Shown piece by piece: positions 23,801-36,214 of a DNA stretch of 64,000 bases (position 1 is its first letter; the number at the start of each line of letters is the position of its first letter). The notes under the pieces were generated by a model. It saw only the letters and a program-made list of their open reading frames with translations. It ran no database searches and was not told where the DNA came from. This DNA comes from Sphagnum compactum (lineage: Eukaryota): contig OZ234493.1 of the NCBI GenBank assembly GCA_965153455.1, positions 15,986,213 through 16,050,212 on the forward strand, given 5' to 3'. Position numbers and translations under genes: made by a program.

Positions 23801-26800
23801 GATGAACTCAGGTAAGCATTTGGAGGTTCTGTTAGTAAAATGTATCAATAAAATTGACACCAATCTTGTTAAGGACTGTCCCTAAGGCAACTGTCTTGTT
23901 TGTGAAACTAATAGTTGCAGTTGCTGTATCTCAGATTCTGGGAGTTCTATTTTGAGAAATTGGAGAATGCCTCTGACAAGTAAGGATTCCCAATAGAACA
24001 CTTTCTGCATGATTCATCACTATTGTTTGCTAGCACATTCTCTGTGAAGTATCCTCTCTCTGCTCAGAGATCTTGTGAAGATACTTAAGATTTGAAGACC
24101 ACAGTTGAAGGGACTCATTAGTGGGCCAGTTGTAATTGTGCACAGCTGTGGTATATGATTGATTGGTATATTGTTTTCTGTTTCTATTGGATGATGGTAT
24201 CTACCAAAGCTTCTGTCATATCTTGTAATATTAATTCTCTGTGGCTGTTAAACAGAACTGGCAGCTATGCAGATATTGTTACTGAACAGCTTGTTGTCTT
24301 GGCCAAGCACATGGTAAGTTTCTTTGTCTTTGGTAACACATCTCATATCCAAATGAAGAATTCCTGATATTTTTGTAAGTGGTGGTTCACATCAACTGTG
24401 AAGATTCACCTGCTGTCTTCCCTGTTATATTAATGATCAACGTCCACCACTGAATCATTGGTGGAGGCACCTGACAAAGTTCGGTGCTGGGTTGTGTATA
24501 TGAAGGCTGGCTTGGGACTGCGAGATTCAAAGGCCTGGTTGATTCTGGAGTCCATTGCTCAAAAGAACAACCTTGGATTCAAGCAGCTGGTTAGTGCCTA
24601 GCTGCTTTCTGCTCTGACATTGCCTCTTCAGTAATGCTAGTAAATCTTGTCAGGTGTGCAATTTAGGGCATGTTGGAGAATATGTGCGTGTTCTCAAAAT
24701 AGCAGGTTGATTGGTAATGTGAGGGTCTAATACATGGTGGTGTACAGCAGTGTCAGTGAGCACATCCATAAATGGTGCATAGTTTGGAGCAGCTTGAAGC
24801 TGTTTATCAATCTTATGGAGGTTGTATCTTGTGAACTCTTGGTGATTGTGAATCCAACTGTGTTGTAACTGAAGACTCACATTGTGCATGTACTGGTGCA
24901 GATAAAGCTAAGAGGGTTATTATCTCTCATGAAGCAAGTAGGAGAGGGTTACTGGGGGCTTTTACCAGAGCAAGCTGTAGCAGTACACGCACAGCAGCAG
25001 CAGCAGCAGCTGGATCAGAGCAGAAGTGATGTAAATCACCAGCCATCATCAGAGGCAGCTGGCATTGGCCGGAGCTGGGTGCAGAGCATGTTCAGTCGAG
25101 ACCGTGCTGTACAGACTCACTCTGCTACAGCTGGTCGTCCACGTGGCAGTCAGTCTGTATTAGGTTTCTGACTAACCCATTTCCCTTCCTATACCACTGT
25201 CCACAATCATGCATCAAGCTAAGGCTGGTTGTTAGCTGTGTTTGTCCTCTATTGCACTTCCACTTCTTCCAGTGCCTTGGAAGTCAATGAATGCAGCTAT
25301 AACAACTCTAAATATTTGAGCACAAAGGTGCAGGAGTTCTGTTAGAGCCTTGTTCCAGCAGCTGCCTTCATTTGAGAGAAGCTATTTTCTTGGACATTGC
25401 ACTGTGCAGTCTTGTTTTGATATTCTGCCTCTTCATTCCTGCAAGTTTGTGGGGCTGATTGCAATGTGTTGACCACTGGGTCATCTCCATTTTTGCAGAT
25501 AGGAGTGAAAGCAGCAGAAACCTGCCAGCACCAAACTTGGAGCCAGCTTCAGGGGCTGGTTTGAAGCGTGGGTCATCTGGTGTACGTTTGTTGCGAGGTC
25601 ATAAAGCTTCAGTTACAGCCTTGCATGTGGGCACAAGAGCTGAGATGGGGGATCTGGCAAGTGATAGTGAAGATTCAGGCTTTTTTATCAGTGGTTCAGC
25701 AGACTGTACGGTATGTTTTCTACTTTACTGTTCTGCTGTTGTGCAGGACATATGAAGGCACTACCTGTCAAAATAGCAAGCACCTCATCTGCTTAAGGCT
25801 GGTATATTCTCCTTGTGCCATAATAATGGACAACCAAAGTTTTTTTCATTCTGCTTGAATGTATAGAATTTGGTGTATTGCCTTTCTCTGAATGGTGCAA
25901 TTGCCTATTGTGGTAGTTGAAGGTAAACTCCCACGTCTCCAGGTAAAGTTGCACAATTAAAAACTCTTGGTTCACATTGCAAAAACTGGAAAAATGGCAG
26001 GTCAAGATCTGGGATCCATCTATGCGTGGCTCTGAGCTGTGCGTGGCTACTTTGATAGGCCACACCAGGTATGCATTTTAATACTCTCACGCCTTGGCAT
26101 GCCTGGCCTCTGACCTGAATGGAAATCAAAAGTCCTTGATTTTGTTAAGTTGAAGATCCAAGCTTTGCCCATGTTGGCCATGTTAGGGCTTCATCCTCAG
26201 TTCTCTTTTCTTGTGTTGACTCCTTACACCTTTAGAGAGATCTCAGCACTGTTTTGCTATTATGTAATTGCATAAAATGTAGTTATAACTTTGTGGTCAC
26301 TTGTAAGAAGCATTACATTGCTTCAGTTTCTACAAAATGAATTCTGTTGAATGCACTTATTGTGAAGTTCAGTTTGTCAAAATCTGCAGATTTAGGTTCT
26401 CATTGTTCTTTCAATGCAGTTCATAGGGTCGAATCAAAGTGTGGCCCTCGTACGCCTTTTCTTTCTGCAACTTGGAAGTTTTAGAAAAAATCTCATAAAG
26501 CCCTAGTTCATAAATGAAGCCAGTTCTACTCCTCTCCCTTCTAAGTGGCTAAGCTGTGGAAAACACATCTTTAAGACTTTCTGTTGAAGCAAACCTCTGG
26601 AGGTTTGCTTAACAAAGTAAGAAATGCGTTGGGTGTTTATGCCTTTCGCATCTTGAATCTTCAAAGGATTCCTTCAATTGCTTCTTAATTACCAGTGGGG
26701 ATTTTTTGAAGCTCACTTTCTCTTCACAAGAGGCTTGGAAATTTGTTATTGCTCTCTCTTCTTCTCCTCTTTGCTTTTTTCCTTTCCTTTTTGTTTTGCC

Positions 26801-29741
26801 TCCTGTTTATGTTCCTGTTCCTTCTTGGTTTCCTTTGTAGTTTCAAGAACTTTCTATGTTTTGTTTAGCTAGCCAGCATCATGGCTGTCTTCATGTCAAA
26901 GCTGATCTTGTGACAGAAATGCAGTACCTTGGTTACCATCTGATATTGGCCTGCACCCTGGAGCTGAAAAACTCTTATGTGTGTTTTAATATGACCAAAA
27001 CAGGGCCATTCGTGCCATCAGTTCAGACCGTCGGCGAGTAGTATCTGGATCTGATGATCAGCGTGTACTAGTATGGGACAAGAGTACCAGACAACTGTTG
27101 GAAGAGTTAAAGGGCCATGAGGGCAAGGTATTTGATCATTACACCCTGATCCTGGATGTGTGATCTCAGCAAATGCATGATGGTGATGCAGAGTTGGTCT
27201 TGGGAAATTCTAACATTGCTGCTCTTTTCCGTGTTACAGGTAAGCTGTGTCAGAATGCTGTCGGGGGATCGTGTTCTAACTGCATCACATGATGGTAGCT
27301 TGAAGATGTGGGACATTCGCACAGACTCATGTGTGGCCACAGTGGGGAAAAGTACCAGTTCTGTGCTTTGCATGGATTATGATGACTCAAGTGGTGTTTT
27401 GGCTGCTGCTGGTGTAGATGGGTATGTCTTGTAATCTGAGACACAAAGGCATCAGGAGGTTCTTCAATAAGAGCGATAACAAGTCAATTTGACAGTAAAA
27501 CTCATTCACTGGGCTAAATGGATTCATCAAGTACTTCAGGGCTGAGAGAATTGTGGACCAAGTCTAATGGGCAGGTCATTGGTTTTCTTGATGTTGGAAT
27601 TTATAGGGTTGGGAATGTCTGGGACATTCGTGGAGGAAAGCAGATGCAGAGATTGGTGGGGCATACTAAGTGGATCAGGTGGGCCAGCTTTATCCAAGTC
27701 TAGAAATCGTCGTAGCTCAAATAATGAGATGAATTGGTCTGCTGAATGAAAATAGTTACTCTTCAAAGTTTCCTTTAAATGAAACCACATATTTGCTGAA
27801 CAAAGGAATTCTGCTACAAGCTTCAGCCTTTCAGAAATATGAATGATCAATTTATTAATCCTTAGTAGGGAGGTTTTCTAAGCCCCACTTTGTCCTCTAA
27901 ATTTCTTCCTCTCAAAGTCCCCCCCTCTTCTGTGTGTTTTCTTCCTCCCCACTAGTTTTCTGATTTCTTGCCTTCTTTGCTTTTCTGTTTCTCTTTGTTT
28001 TGTTGTTCCTCTGTCTTCTCAGGGGTTTTTGATTGTCTCTCGCTTTTATGTTTGGTGATTTAGCCAGCATCATGGCTGATTCTTCCCAGTACGGCCAGCC
28101 TTGTGACAGAAACTCAGTACATTGGTTAATGTTTGACATTAGCCTCTACACATTGCTGAGGACTGATGATGTTCAGTCCCTGTAGTATGGGAGGTGGTCA
28201 TAAGTGAATGCTATACATGTTGCTGTTTAGAGTCCATGAACATGTGTATGACTGTTGCTGTCATTCAAACTGCTCCCCAGTTCTGTTTTGTGGTCTTGTT
28301 TTCCCTATTTTCTTTAGGGTTGGGTTTCCTCTTTTTCATGCTTTCTGATTGATTGCTTTTGTATATTGTCAGCTCCGAAATATCCATAACTTTTTTATTG
28401 AGTCATCTCTCATTTCTTTTCAGGTCAACTTAAATTGTAAGTTATGAGAAATTCTCTGTACTTAAAAGAGATTTCACTTTCAAAGTGTTCTCTCATCTTT
28501 AGCTAGGTGCTTGTCAATCTGCTGATTCACCTTCCTTCTGAAGGACAATTCTTGTTCAAGCTGCTTCTAAAACTTACAAGGAGCTGATTGTATGTAGATA
28601 CATTGGAGGGTGCAGGTCATTGCGGATGGTTGGTGACATCATAGTGACTGGCAGTGATGACTGGACAGCACGTGTATGGTCTACGTCACGTGGATCATGT
28701 GATGCAGTGCTGGCAAGCCATGCTGGTGCTGTCACTAATGTTGAGTTCTGTGCGGCTGATTCTGGTATCATCACTGGTACAAGTCTGCATCCTCGATCTC
28801 TAGAGTTTTTTCCAACTCATCGTACTTCCAGCTGTATGGCTTAGATGTAATTCATGAAAACTCTGGTTCTGATCCACAGGCTCTGCGGATGGGTTGGTGC
28901 GCTTTTGGGAACGTGGCGAAGGTCTGTCACTCCTGTTTTCAACCCAGCTTTCTCTACCTTTAGGCTGTAGCATAACATGTCATACAAGGAAATGCCTAGT
29001 ATAGACCTATGTACCAACGACTTGTCTGTATGTTATCTTGAGAAAACACATGGTTGAGCATCTCCTAGTTTTGGTCCATCATGCCTTTGAATAGATGCAC
29101 TTGGCCTGCACTTATTTTCTAGAATTCTCCAAAAGAACATTGTCATGTGGAAGAGCTCTACTTTCTCATACATATACTTCGGTGGCTGACTGCTTGCTGA
29201 GCATCCTATGGTCTAGTTGATTGCCATTTTGACATTTCCTTCACTGTCAATTGTCATTTAATTGTTCTTTCCATGCAATGGGATGGTAAGCTCTTCACTT
29301 TCTGAACATGACATTCTTGTCAATGCAGGAGGTTTGTCCTGTGTAAGCAGTCTGGAAGGGGTTCATTTGGGAACTGTGCTAAGCATCAAAGCAGGGGAGC
29401 GCTTGCTGGCAGTAGGAGCAGCTGATAACTCAATGTCACTCTTTCATCGGTCAGAACAGCTCCAGGCTGGACGTGTGCCTCCTTGGAAATTGCTGCGCAC
29501 TCCACCTCGTGCTGCAGCAGTGGTAACATTTTTGCTTCCTTTCTCCTTGCACTCATTAGACCACTTTCTTATCCTACAAATTGTCTTCCATGAGAGTGGG
29601 AGAGGTGTCCCATGTCAGGACTGAGGCAGATGTGGGCTCATGCAGGTGAGATGTGTGGCTCCAGATGTGGAAAGAGGTCGGATTTGCAGTGGGGCCCGCA
29701 ATGGTTTGCTTCGTCTTTGGGAGCCTGTTCTGGATTATTAG
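17876..29741 (+). CDS. SCD1: DENN-domain and WD40-repeat protein STOMATAL CYTOKINESIS DEFECTIVE 1, 31 coding exons (first 17876-18049, last 29646-29741)
   Basis: MARLVDYFVVCGLGP, PPPPQLPLCVLPGG, DGSKIYVSCVAFRDPV, AILLERRVLVRANKYSVLT, HVYIPV, AERELMVLDIKVKLQGLW, LIESDAEGIGGSG and GIGRSWVQSMFSRD are followed by WD40 repeats (LRGHKASVTAL, SGSADCTVKIWD, TASHDGSLKMWD, TGSDDWTARVW, ICSGARNGLLRLWE). Exons were joined by hand with GT-AG and consistent phase. Confidence 0.95.
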
Positions 29742-30699
29742 CTTTGCTTTTGTGTGTGTTTTTGTGATAGGAGACCAACAGTATGTCTGCCTTCAGCGAG
29801 AAATTCCTATGTAGCATCTGCTCCAAAATCACTAGTTTCTAACCATGCACTATTTTTTCTCATTTTGATCCGGGGCTGAAATGGGACAGCATTCTCCAGG
29901 GACACTTCATAACCCAGAAGGTGAACCTCCCAGAAACTCCAGTTCCACCAATTTCTATCAATTTCAAATAGATAACAGTAGATAACCTCTGGTATAATAC
30001 CATAACCAACTGTGGGATTTAGTGTAACATAGAAGATCAGGATGCTTAGTCTAGTGATTCCATTTCAATGGTGTTGTATTCAAATGCTCTTTAGGTCCTC
30101 CAACATCTGTTTCACCTCTTAGTGCAATTGCGAAGTGAACATATAATGTGGCATAGAAACTTGAAAATCATGGAAGTCCTGGGAAGTTCCTTTTTTAATG
30201 GTTGCAAGCTATGGTTTTACATGTCCAAAAGTGGGAAGTGTGACAAAAGCTATGGTCACAGATTTTATTATTATTGTTTGTCCTAAGTGTTGAGCATCCT
30301 CTATCATTGAAACTAACACTCTAGAGGATACAAGAGCTGGTGGTGACAGGAAACCTCTTCTTATTGCATTTGTAATTGCCTCCATTTGGATTGTATGGTT
30401 GTGGCATCTGGATTTCTTACACGCTTTTTCATCTCTTTCATAAGAATATCCAATCATATCCTCTATTCGTAACATCGATGGTGCCCAAACGGTGAGGGAT
30501 TCCCTACAAAATTCTAATTTCCATAGATGTTTTGGAAATAGTAAGTCTACCAACCCACCAAAGAAGATCTTGCCACCCAATAAATAACCTCTGTTTCCCA
30601 AAGATACACATCTAATGTTTCTCAAGGAACCATAGCAACTTAGCTCTCTTTCAAAGCTGTCTTACATTGCTTTTCTGTGGTTCAGGAGTACCTGCTGCT

Positions 30700-31320
30700 A
30701 TTGAAGATCAAGAAAAGGATGTTAGTAAAAGCTATCCACATTTTAGTCTCCGAATGTCCTTTTCAACTCTCTGAACTCTCAATTTGTTGCACTCCTGGAA
30801 ACAGATTGACAAAATAGGTCAGTAGAGCAACGCATGTTTTAGTCTCCAATTCTTTCTTGTCAACTCTCTGAACTCTCAATTTGTTGCACTCCTGGAAACA
30901 GAATGACAAAATAGGTCAGTAGAGCTATGCATGTTTCAGTCTCCAATTCTTTCTTGTCAACTCTCTGAACTCTCAATTTGTTGCAATCCCAGTAGCTGAT
31001 TGAAGATGAGTAAAGCTATGCACATTTTCAGTTTCTGATTTTTTGGTGTCAAATCTCTGAACACTCAATTTTTTTGTGATTAGGAAACTCATTGACGATC
31101 ACAAAGAAATGTCAGTGAAAATTATGCCTATTTCTGCAGAAACCCATTGAAGATCAAGAAAAAACATCAGTAGAAAATGTGCACATTTTCTTAGTCTCCA
31201 ACAGAGTTTTCTCAAATCTCTAAACTATCAATTTGTTGTGATCCCGGAAACCCTTTGAAGACAAGAAAAAAAATGTCTTGTAAAACGATGCATGTTTCTC
31301 AATTTATTGTGATGTGGGAA
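30700..31320. repeat. Degenerate tandem array, ~97-bp unit, ~6 copies
   Basis: CAACTCTCTGAACTCTCAATTTGTTGCA recurs at ~30764, 30860 and 30958, with diverged copies to ~31320. Confidence 0.85.
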
Positions 31321-32339
31321 ATTTTAAGTAAATGCAATTATTTCAATTAGTAGTTGTGTGGTTCAGAATTTTAAAAATTAGATATTCATAATTGTTTTTT
31401 TCAAATAAAAGCAGATGATTAATTTCACGGGTATTTGTGAAAATGCCAAGTAATAGAATAAATAAATAAGCTAAAATATTAAAAACGACAAAATAAACTA
31501 ATTAGATAAATAAGCCAATGAAAAAATCACAACACGTAGGAAGTGGATTTTTGTGGAAGTTAAAACAAGTTAAAAATTCCACAGTCATTTGAGACCAGGT
31601 CTCAAGTATAATAAGGACGGTCCGATGTAGAGGACGAACGCAAACGGACCGTAGGATCCGTTAAATCGGACGGAACGCGTCCACTTCTTTCCGTCCAAAA
31701 TTTGATTTTCAAATTGCGTGCCAAATTAAAAAACTTCTTCCCTCCAGAATATTTCATCCACGAAAACCATCCCACGCGATCGAAGACGCATTCTCATATC
31801 ATCCACGAAGGCCTTCTCAGTGGACTGGATAACTATCTTTGACAAGTAAGCCCTAATAGTATTCATCTACGAAGGATAGACTTCAAGTTAGTAATCTGAT
31901 GTCTTCTCTACTTTCGAGAGGCGCTGAGAATTCATCCATGAAGAGGAGTGTACAGCATTGTAATGTATCGTCGTCTTCGTCTCTTTGAAACTGGCCGTGC
32001 GGGTGCGAGGAATGAAGAAGAGGAAGAGCTCTGTGGTGATGGCGAATTGCTCTGTGCTTGCGCTTTGGATTTTTCCCCCTGGTTGTTTGGCGATGGATTT
32101 TGCCGTTCTTTGATCATTTAGATAGCTAAGTAATGCGTGCACTTTTTTAATATATATTTTTTCTTTTTTCGGGAGTGATTTTCTGTTTTTCGTGGCGTCT
32201 TGAATCCTCCTTTTAGTTCAGAATTCGTGTTGTCGAGAGGGGGGAGAGCGAGAGCTTTGGAGTTTTGGTGGTTTTTTTAATTGAATCGCTTGTGGATTAC
32301 AATGGTTTTGAGGTTTTCGAAAGTGCGTGCGTTGCTGAA

Positions 32340-32890
32340 GTGATGAAGCGTCGCAGAGAAGGAAGCTGTGAATACAGTCGTCGCAATAATGAAGCGAGAA
32401 GATGCGGGAAGATGACAGAGTCCACCGTTACGTTCGTATCTAGCTCGGCGTCTGAAGCTTCCTCAGTGTCTGATGATATTCTTTGTCCTCCTCCGGGATG
32501 GAAACCTGAAAATTCTTCAGAGTTTGAAGCTTCCTCGGGACCTGATGGTATTCTTTGTCCTCCGCCATAAAGTTCTCAAGATTCTGCAGAGTTTCAAGCT
32601 TCCTTGGGATCTGATGATGTTCTTTGCCCTTCGCAATTGAGATCATCTCAGCAGCAGAGGAACCGCAACAGCCTTTGGAATTCACATCGCCCCTGCGTAG
32701 TAGTCAAGGATCCGCATCGCCCTGGCACGCAGTTAGCTGTGCCGAAGAAGGTTCAAAGCTCCAATTGGCCAAGTTTTGTACTTGTACTGATCTTCCAAAG
32801 CTTCTCGCAAAGCTTCAAGAACAGCAACTCGTGGAACTTGTATTCGGATTCCCTGACCCTGAGCATCAGAAAGCTCAATGATGTTTGGAC
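32340..32890 (+). pseudogene. Disrupted coding-like segment with three 69-72-bp repeats (EASxxxDDILCPPP)
   Basis: The repeats translate in frame as EASSVSDDILCPPP, EASSGPDGILCPPP and QASLGSDDVLCP, with an in-frame TAA after the second copy. No family recognised. Confidence 0.3.
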
Positions 32891-32897
32891 TGAGTTT

Positions 32898-34075
32898 TTA
32901 CACATACCTCTCCAGTAGAAGGACCCAACTGCTCAACTGAGGTCCAAAAGGATTTCCCCCATGGGAACAGCTGATTGTTGTAATCTTGGGAGGTTTGGAG
33001 CCTGAGAAATATGAATCTGCTAGCAATTCAATCTCCTCCAAATCTTCCTTGCGTTCTTCACTCTCTTCAGCTACACGCTGATTGACATGCTCCCACATGG
33101 CATCTGAAATGCCACCAGGACGAGGTTTTCCTGCAAGTATCATGAGCTGCAGCTCTGCCATCTTTTCCTTCACAGCTTTGGCAAGATCTTGCTTCAGGGC
33201 ATCAGGAGACAATGGGTGCCCTAGATAGTTGAACATCTCGTTCATGAACTTTTGTACGGACTCGATGACAGGAGCAGGCTGGGTGCTCACCTTCTGGAAC
33301 CCGGGTGTCAACTTCCATGCAAATTCACGAACTGCAGTGCTCCAAGTACTTGAGATAGGTGTAAGGCTTGCCTCGAGCATTACATGGCAATGGAAGTGGC
33401 CATTGAAAGTTTACATTGTCTTTGAAAGCCCTTAGCAAGTCTTCCGCTCTTTGCCTGATCCGTTTCTTGACAATCTCCACACACCGCAGCTCCTCACTCC
33501 ATTGCTTACGCCACACCTTCTCCTCCCTGGATTCGTCTTGGAGGAGAATACACTGCTCACTTTCTTGGGAATTGAAGACGGCGCAGGCTGTGGAGCCGGC
33601 ATAGGAGGCATTATTCATGTCGTAGAAGCAGGCGCTACCCCCCACGGTGCTGGAACGATTCCCCAAGGTGCAGGAGGTCCTGATAACCACGGAGCATGAG
33701 ACCACTTCTGTGCAGAATGCCATGGCACAGGAGGCGATCCCCATGGTCCATTAGGAGCCGTTGCTTGCCATGGTGCAGGAGGGCAATGTGCACAAGGCCA
33801 AAACGGTACAGGAGACGATCCCCTCGCTTCAGGACGTCCTAGTCCCCATGGCTGTGCAATCAGTACAGAACATTCAAAAAGCACATATCACAGAGATTGT
33901 CAAGTGTATGCGGGCAGGCAAGTCATGAGGTGACAAGGACTTCTCAGAGGCTCACCTGATCTGGAAGCTTACATGAAGGGGCGACTTGCTGGTGAGGTTC
34001 TGGAGGAGATGGGTGAGAATGATGTTCTTTGAGAGTTGGATTGGGAACCTCTCTGCTCTTTGCATGCTCTCAATC
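32898..34075 (-). pseudogene. Frameshifted gene of probable transposon-associated (CACTA ORF2/TnpA-like) type with a Pro/Trp-rich region
   Basis: A GT-AG intron lies at 33955-33852. A PW-rich exon has an in-frame TGA at ~33615. LPCNARGKPYTYLK then shifts frame into TWSTAVREFAWKL..MNEMFNYLGHPLS..AGKPRPGGISDAMWE. The family assignment is from memory. Confidence 0.45.
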
Positions 34076-34673
34076 TTTGGGACCAAACACACATATGCAG
34101 AAAATCAGCACTCAATTTGTAGATAGATATTGCAGTGTATTATGTAAACAGCAGGCAGGACATAATGTTTTCAAGCTTTTTCTTGCCATGGTGGAGAGTC
34201 CATGCCATGGAGATTGTTGTGTTTATTTCTGTTTTCTAGTGAATCAACAAAACTTACTGCTCTTGCACCACTCTAGTAGTACTCTTGCATTTTCAGGATT
34301 CACTGGTTCAAAATTGATGAACACCTGTTTGTAATCTGTCTTCTGTCTGCAGGGTGCATCATTACCTAAACCCTAAAACTTTGGGAACCCATCTCTCTGT
34401 TTCATAGGTGGAATTCCTGCAAAAGTTCCTGCAGTGTGTTGATCCTTCTAGCAGCGTCCTCAGCTCAAGCGCTTTTTTCTTTTTCTGGCACACATTTCAA
34501 GAACTTTGCAGTAATTCTAAACAGTAATCTCCTCTAAGACCGTAAACCTTAATCTCCTGTATAACCCTAAACCTTACTCTCTAGCAGAAGTAAGAGAAAA
34601 TTAACATTGCTCCTGGAGTGCTGTTATTTTTGGTGTTAGGGAGGAGATGAAGAAGCAAGCCTTCCATTGCCTT

Positions 34674-36214
34674 TCATACAAGCTCATGTCTGATTTGGAT
34701 ACCCATCGATTGTGCAGTCCCCATGATGGACTTGCACATCACCTCCAACATGTATTGACAATCAGGATCTGATTGCTTGATCTTAGCGATCTCATAAATG
34801 TGCTTGGGAGTCATGGTACTTGCAACCTTGTTGTCTATGTTCTTGTGGCTTGATTACAACCCTGTTGCTTTCTTCAAGAAGTAGGAAGCAAAGGGGGATT
34901 TCACAACGAAGTGAATAGAGTTGTCCTTGTCCTTATTGTCTTTGGTGCTAGGGAGATGCACTCTTCTTTTGAGAGATTGGTAGTTATCAGCACTCTTGGT
35001 CTAGAAGCATCTTTGATGGACATCCACCATGACACATTTCTTTGGTCTATCTTGAAGGGTGACTTTATTTTTTCAACATCTAAAGTTCACATTCATTCTT
35101 ATTTGGACAAAGGGGCAAAGTTATGGTTGGTGGCTAGGTTATTTATCTGTTCATTTCGCATTGCAACTCTACTTTCATTTCAACATTGTGTTTTCATCTT
35201 GATTTGATTCAATTCGATATTTAATCTTTTCATGTGTGAGTGTGGACATAGGTTAGATTCATCTGACATGCATTTAGCTTGTTGCCCATTTGAAATTTTG
35301 TGAATAGTCACACATGACGCCATTTGAAACGTCATGTATGCCCTCATTCGAAATAATGAATACGCTATATGGAAAGATGGTACTCCTTTAGTTAGGAGTT
35401 TCATTACAAGTTGATCTTTACATGACCCAAAAAGACCAAGTTTTTGTTGTTGATGTGATGGTTATTAATTCGACACAGGAGACGATGGTTTCGAATGTCA
35501 TCAATCAACCAATAGGTGCAACTATGGAACTTAGTGTCATTGCTAAAATCTGCAAATATAGAAGGCTTTATGAGGGGCACCATTTTATTTTGATGGCCAT
35601 GGAGGTGCACAATGCACCTGGATGTGATATGGATCGTTTCATCAAGGAGTGTGCTCATCTTTTCCACAATAAACAATTGCGAGATCATTTATCCTTGTCT
35701 TTTTGCATTCAATTTTTTAGGCAACGTGTTAATATTGTTCCTCAGTGTGCTTTAGCCTCTATTATAAAAAGGAAGATCACATTAGCAGGTGATGCTTGTT
35801 CTAGACCTCCCATTATTATTAGATCTCACAATTTGCATGCAGACGACATTAAGGAGACCATGGATGAAATAGCTTCCTACCATGAGAGGGACTAGCTTTC
35901 TCCCTCTTTTTTGGTCCATGTGGGTTGTTCGTCTTTTGGCCTTCTTTTGTCCTTCCCTTTTTGTCTCCCCTATGATGGTTCCAACCATCGATCTTTTATT
36001 GGATTTTGAGTTTTCATTTGTATGTTGTGACCATCATCGACATGGACACATCTGGTTTGATTTGCTGAGTGCAGCTGGTGAAGTCCTTACAGAAAGCCAT
36101 GAGGTTCAGCCGGTGCTGTCATAGCACCAGTCCCACTGGAGGTGCTGGTTTGGCTTGCCCTGCATTCACCAATAGCCTGGTCACTGCCGACACTTGCTGC
36201 TCCTTGCCAGCCAT
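34674..36214 (-). pseudogene. MRPL11: Intronless mitochondrial ribosomal protein uL11 pseudogene split by a retrotransposon (parts 36214-36018 and ~34930-34674)
   Basis: N-terminal half: MAGKEQQVSAVTRLLVNAGQAKPAPPVGLVL*QHRLNLMAFCKDFTSCTQQIKPDVSMSMMVTTYK. C-terminal half: DNSIHFVVKSPFASYFLKKATGL*SSHKNIDNKVASTMTPKHIYEIAKIKQSDPDCQYMLEVMCKSIMGTAQSMGIQI. The halves join in frame and contain two internal stops. Confidence 0.92.
34931..36017 (+). mobile_element. 5'-truncated CRE-clade non-LTR retrotransposon (zinc knuckle, RLE endonuclease, 3'UTR)
   Basis: CECGHRLDSSDMHLACCPFE..THDAI is followed by VFVVDVMVIN...AKICKYRRLYEGHHFILMAMEVH. It belongs to the same family as 13030-15250 and is flanked by TTGT at 34927-34930 and 36018-36021. 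Confidence 0.8.

Noticed and set aside
30209..30625. 138-aa minus-strand ORF
   Set aside because: Only a vague resemblance to a LINE remnant, with no diagnostic motif.
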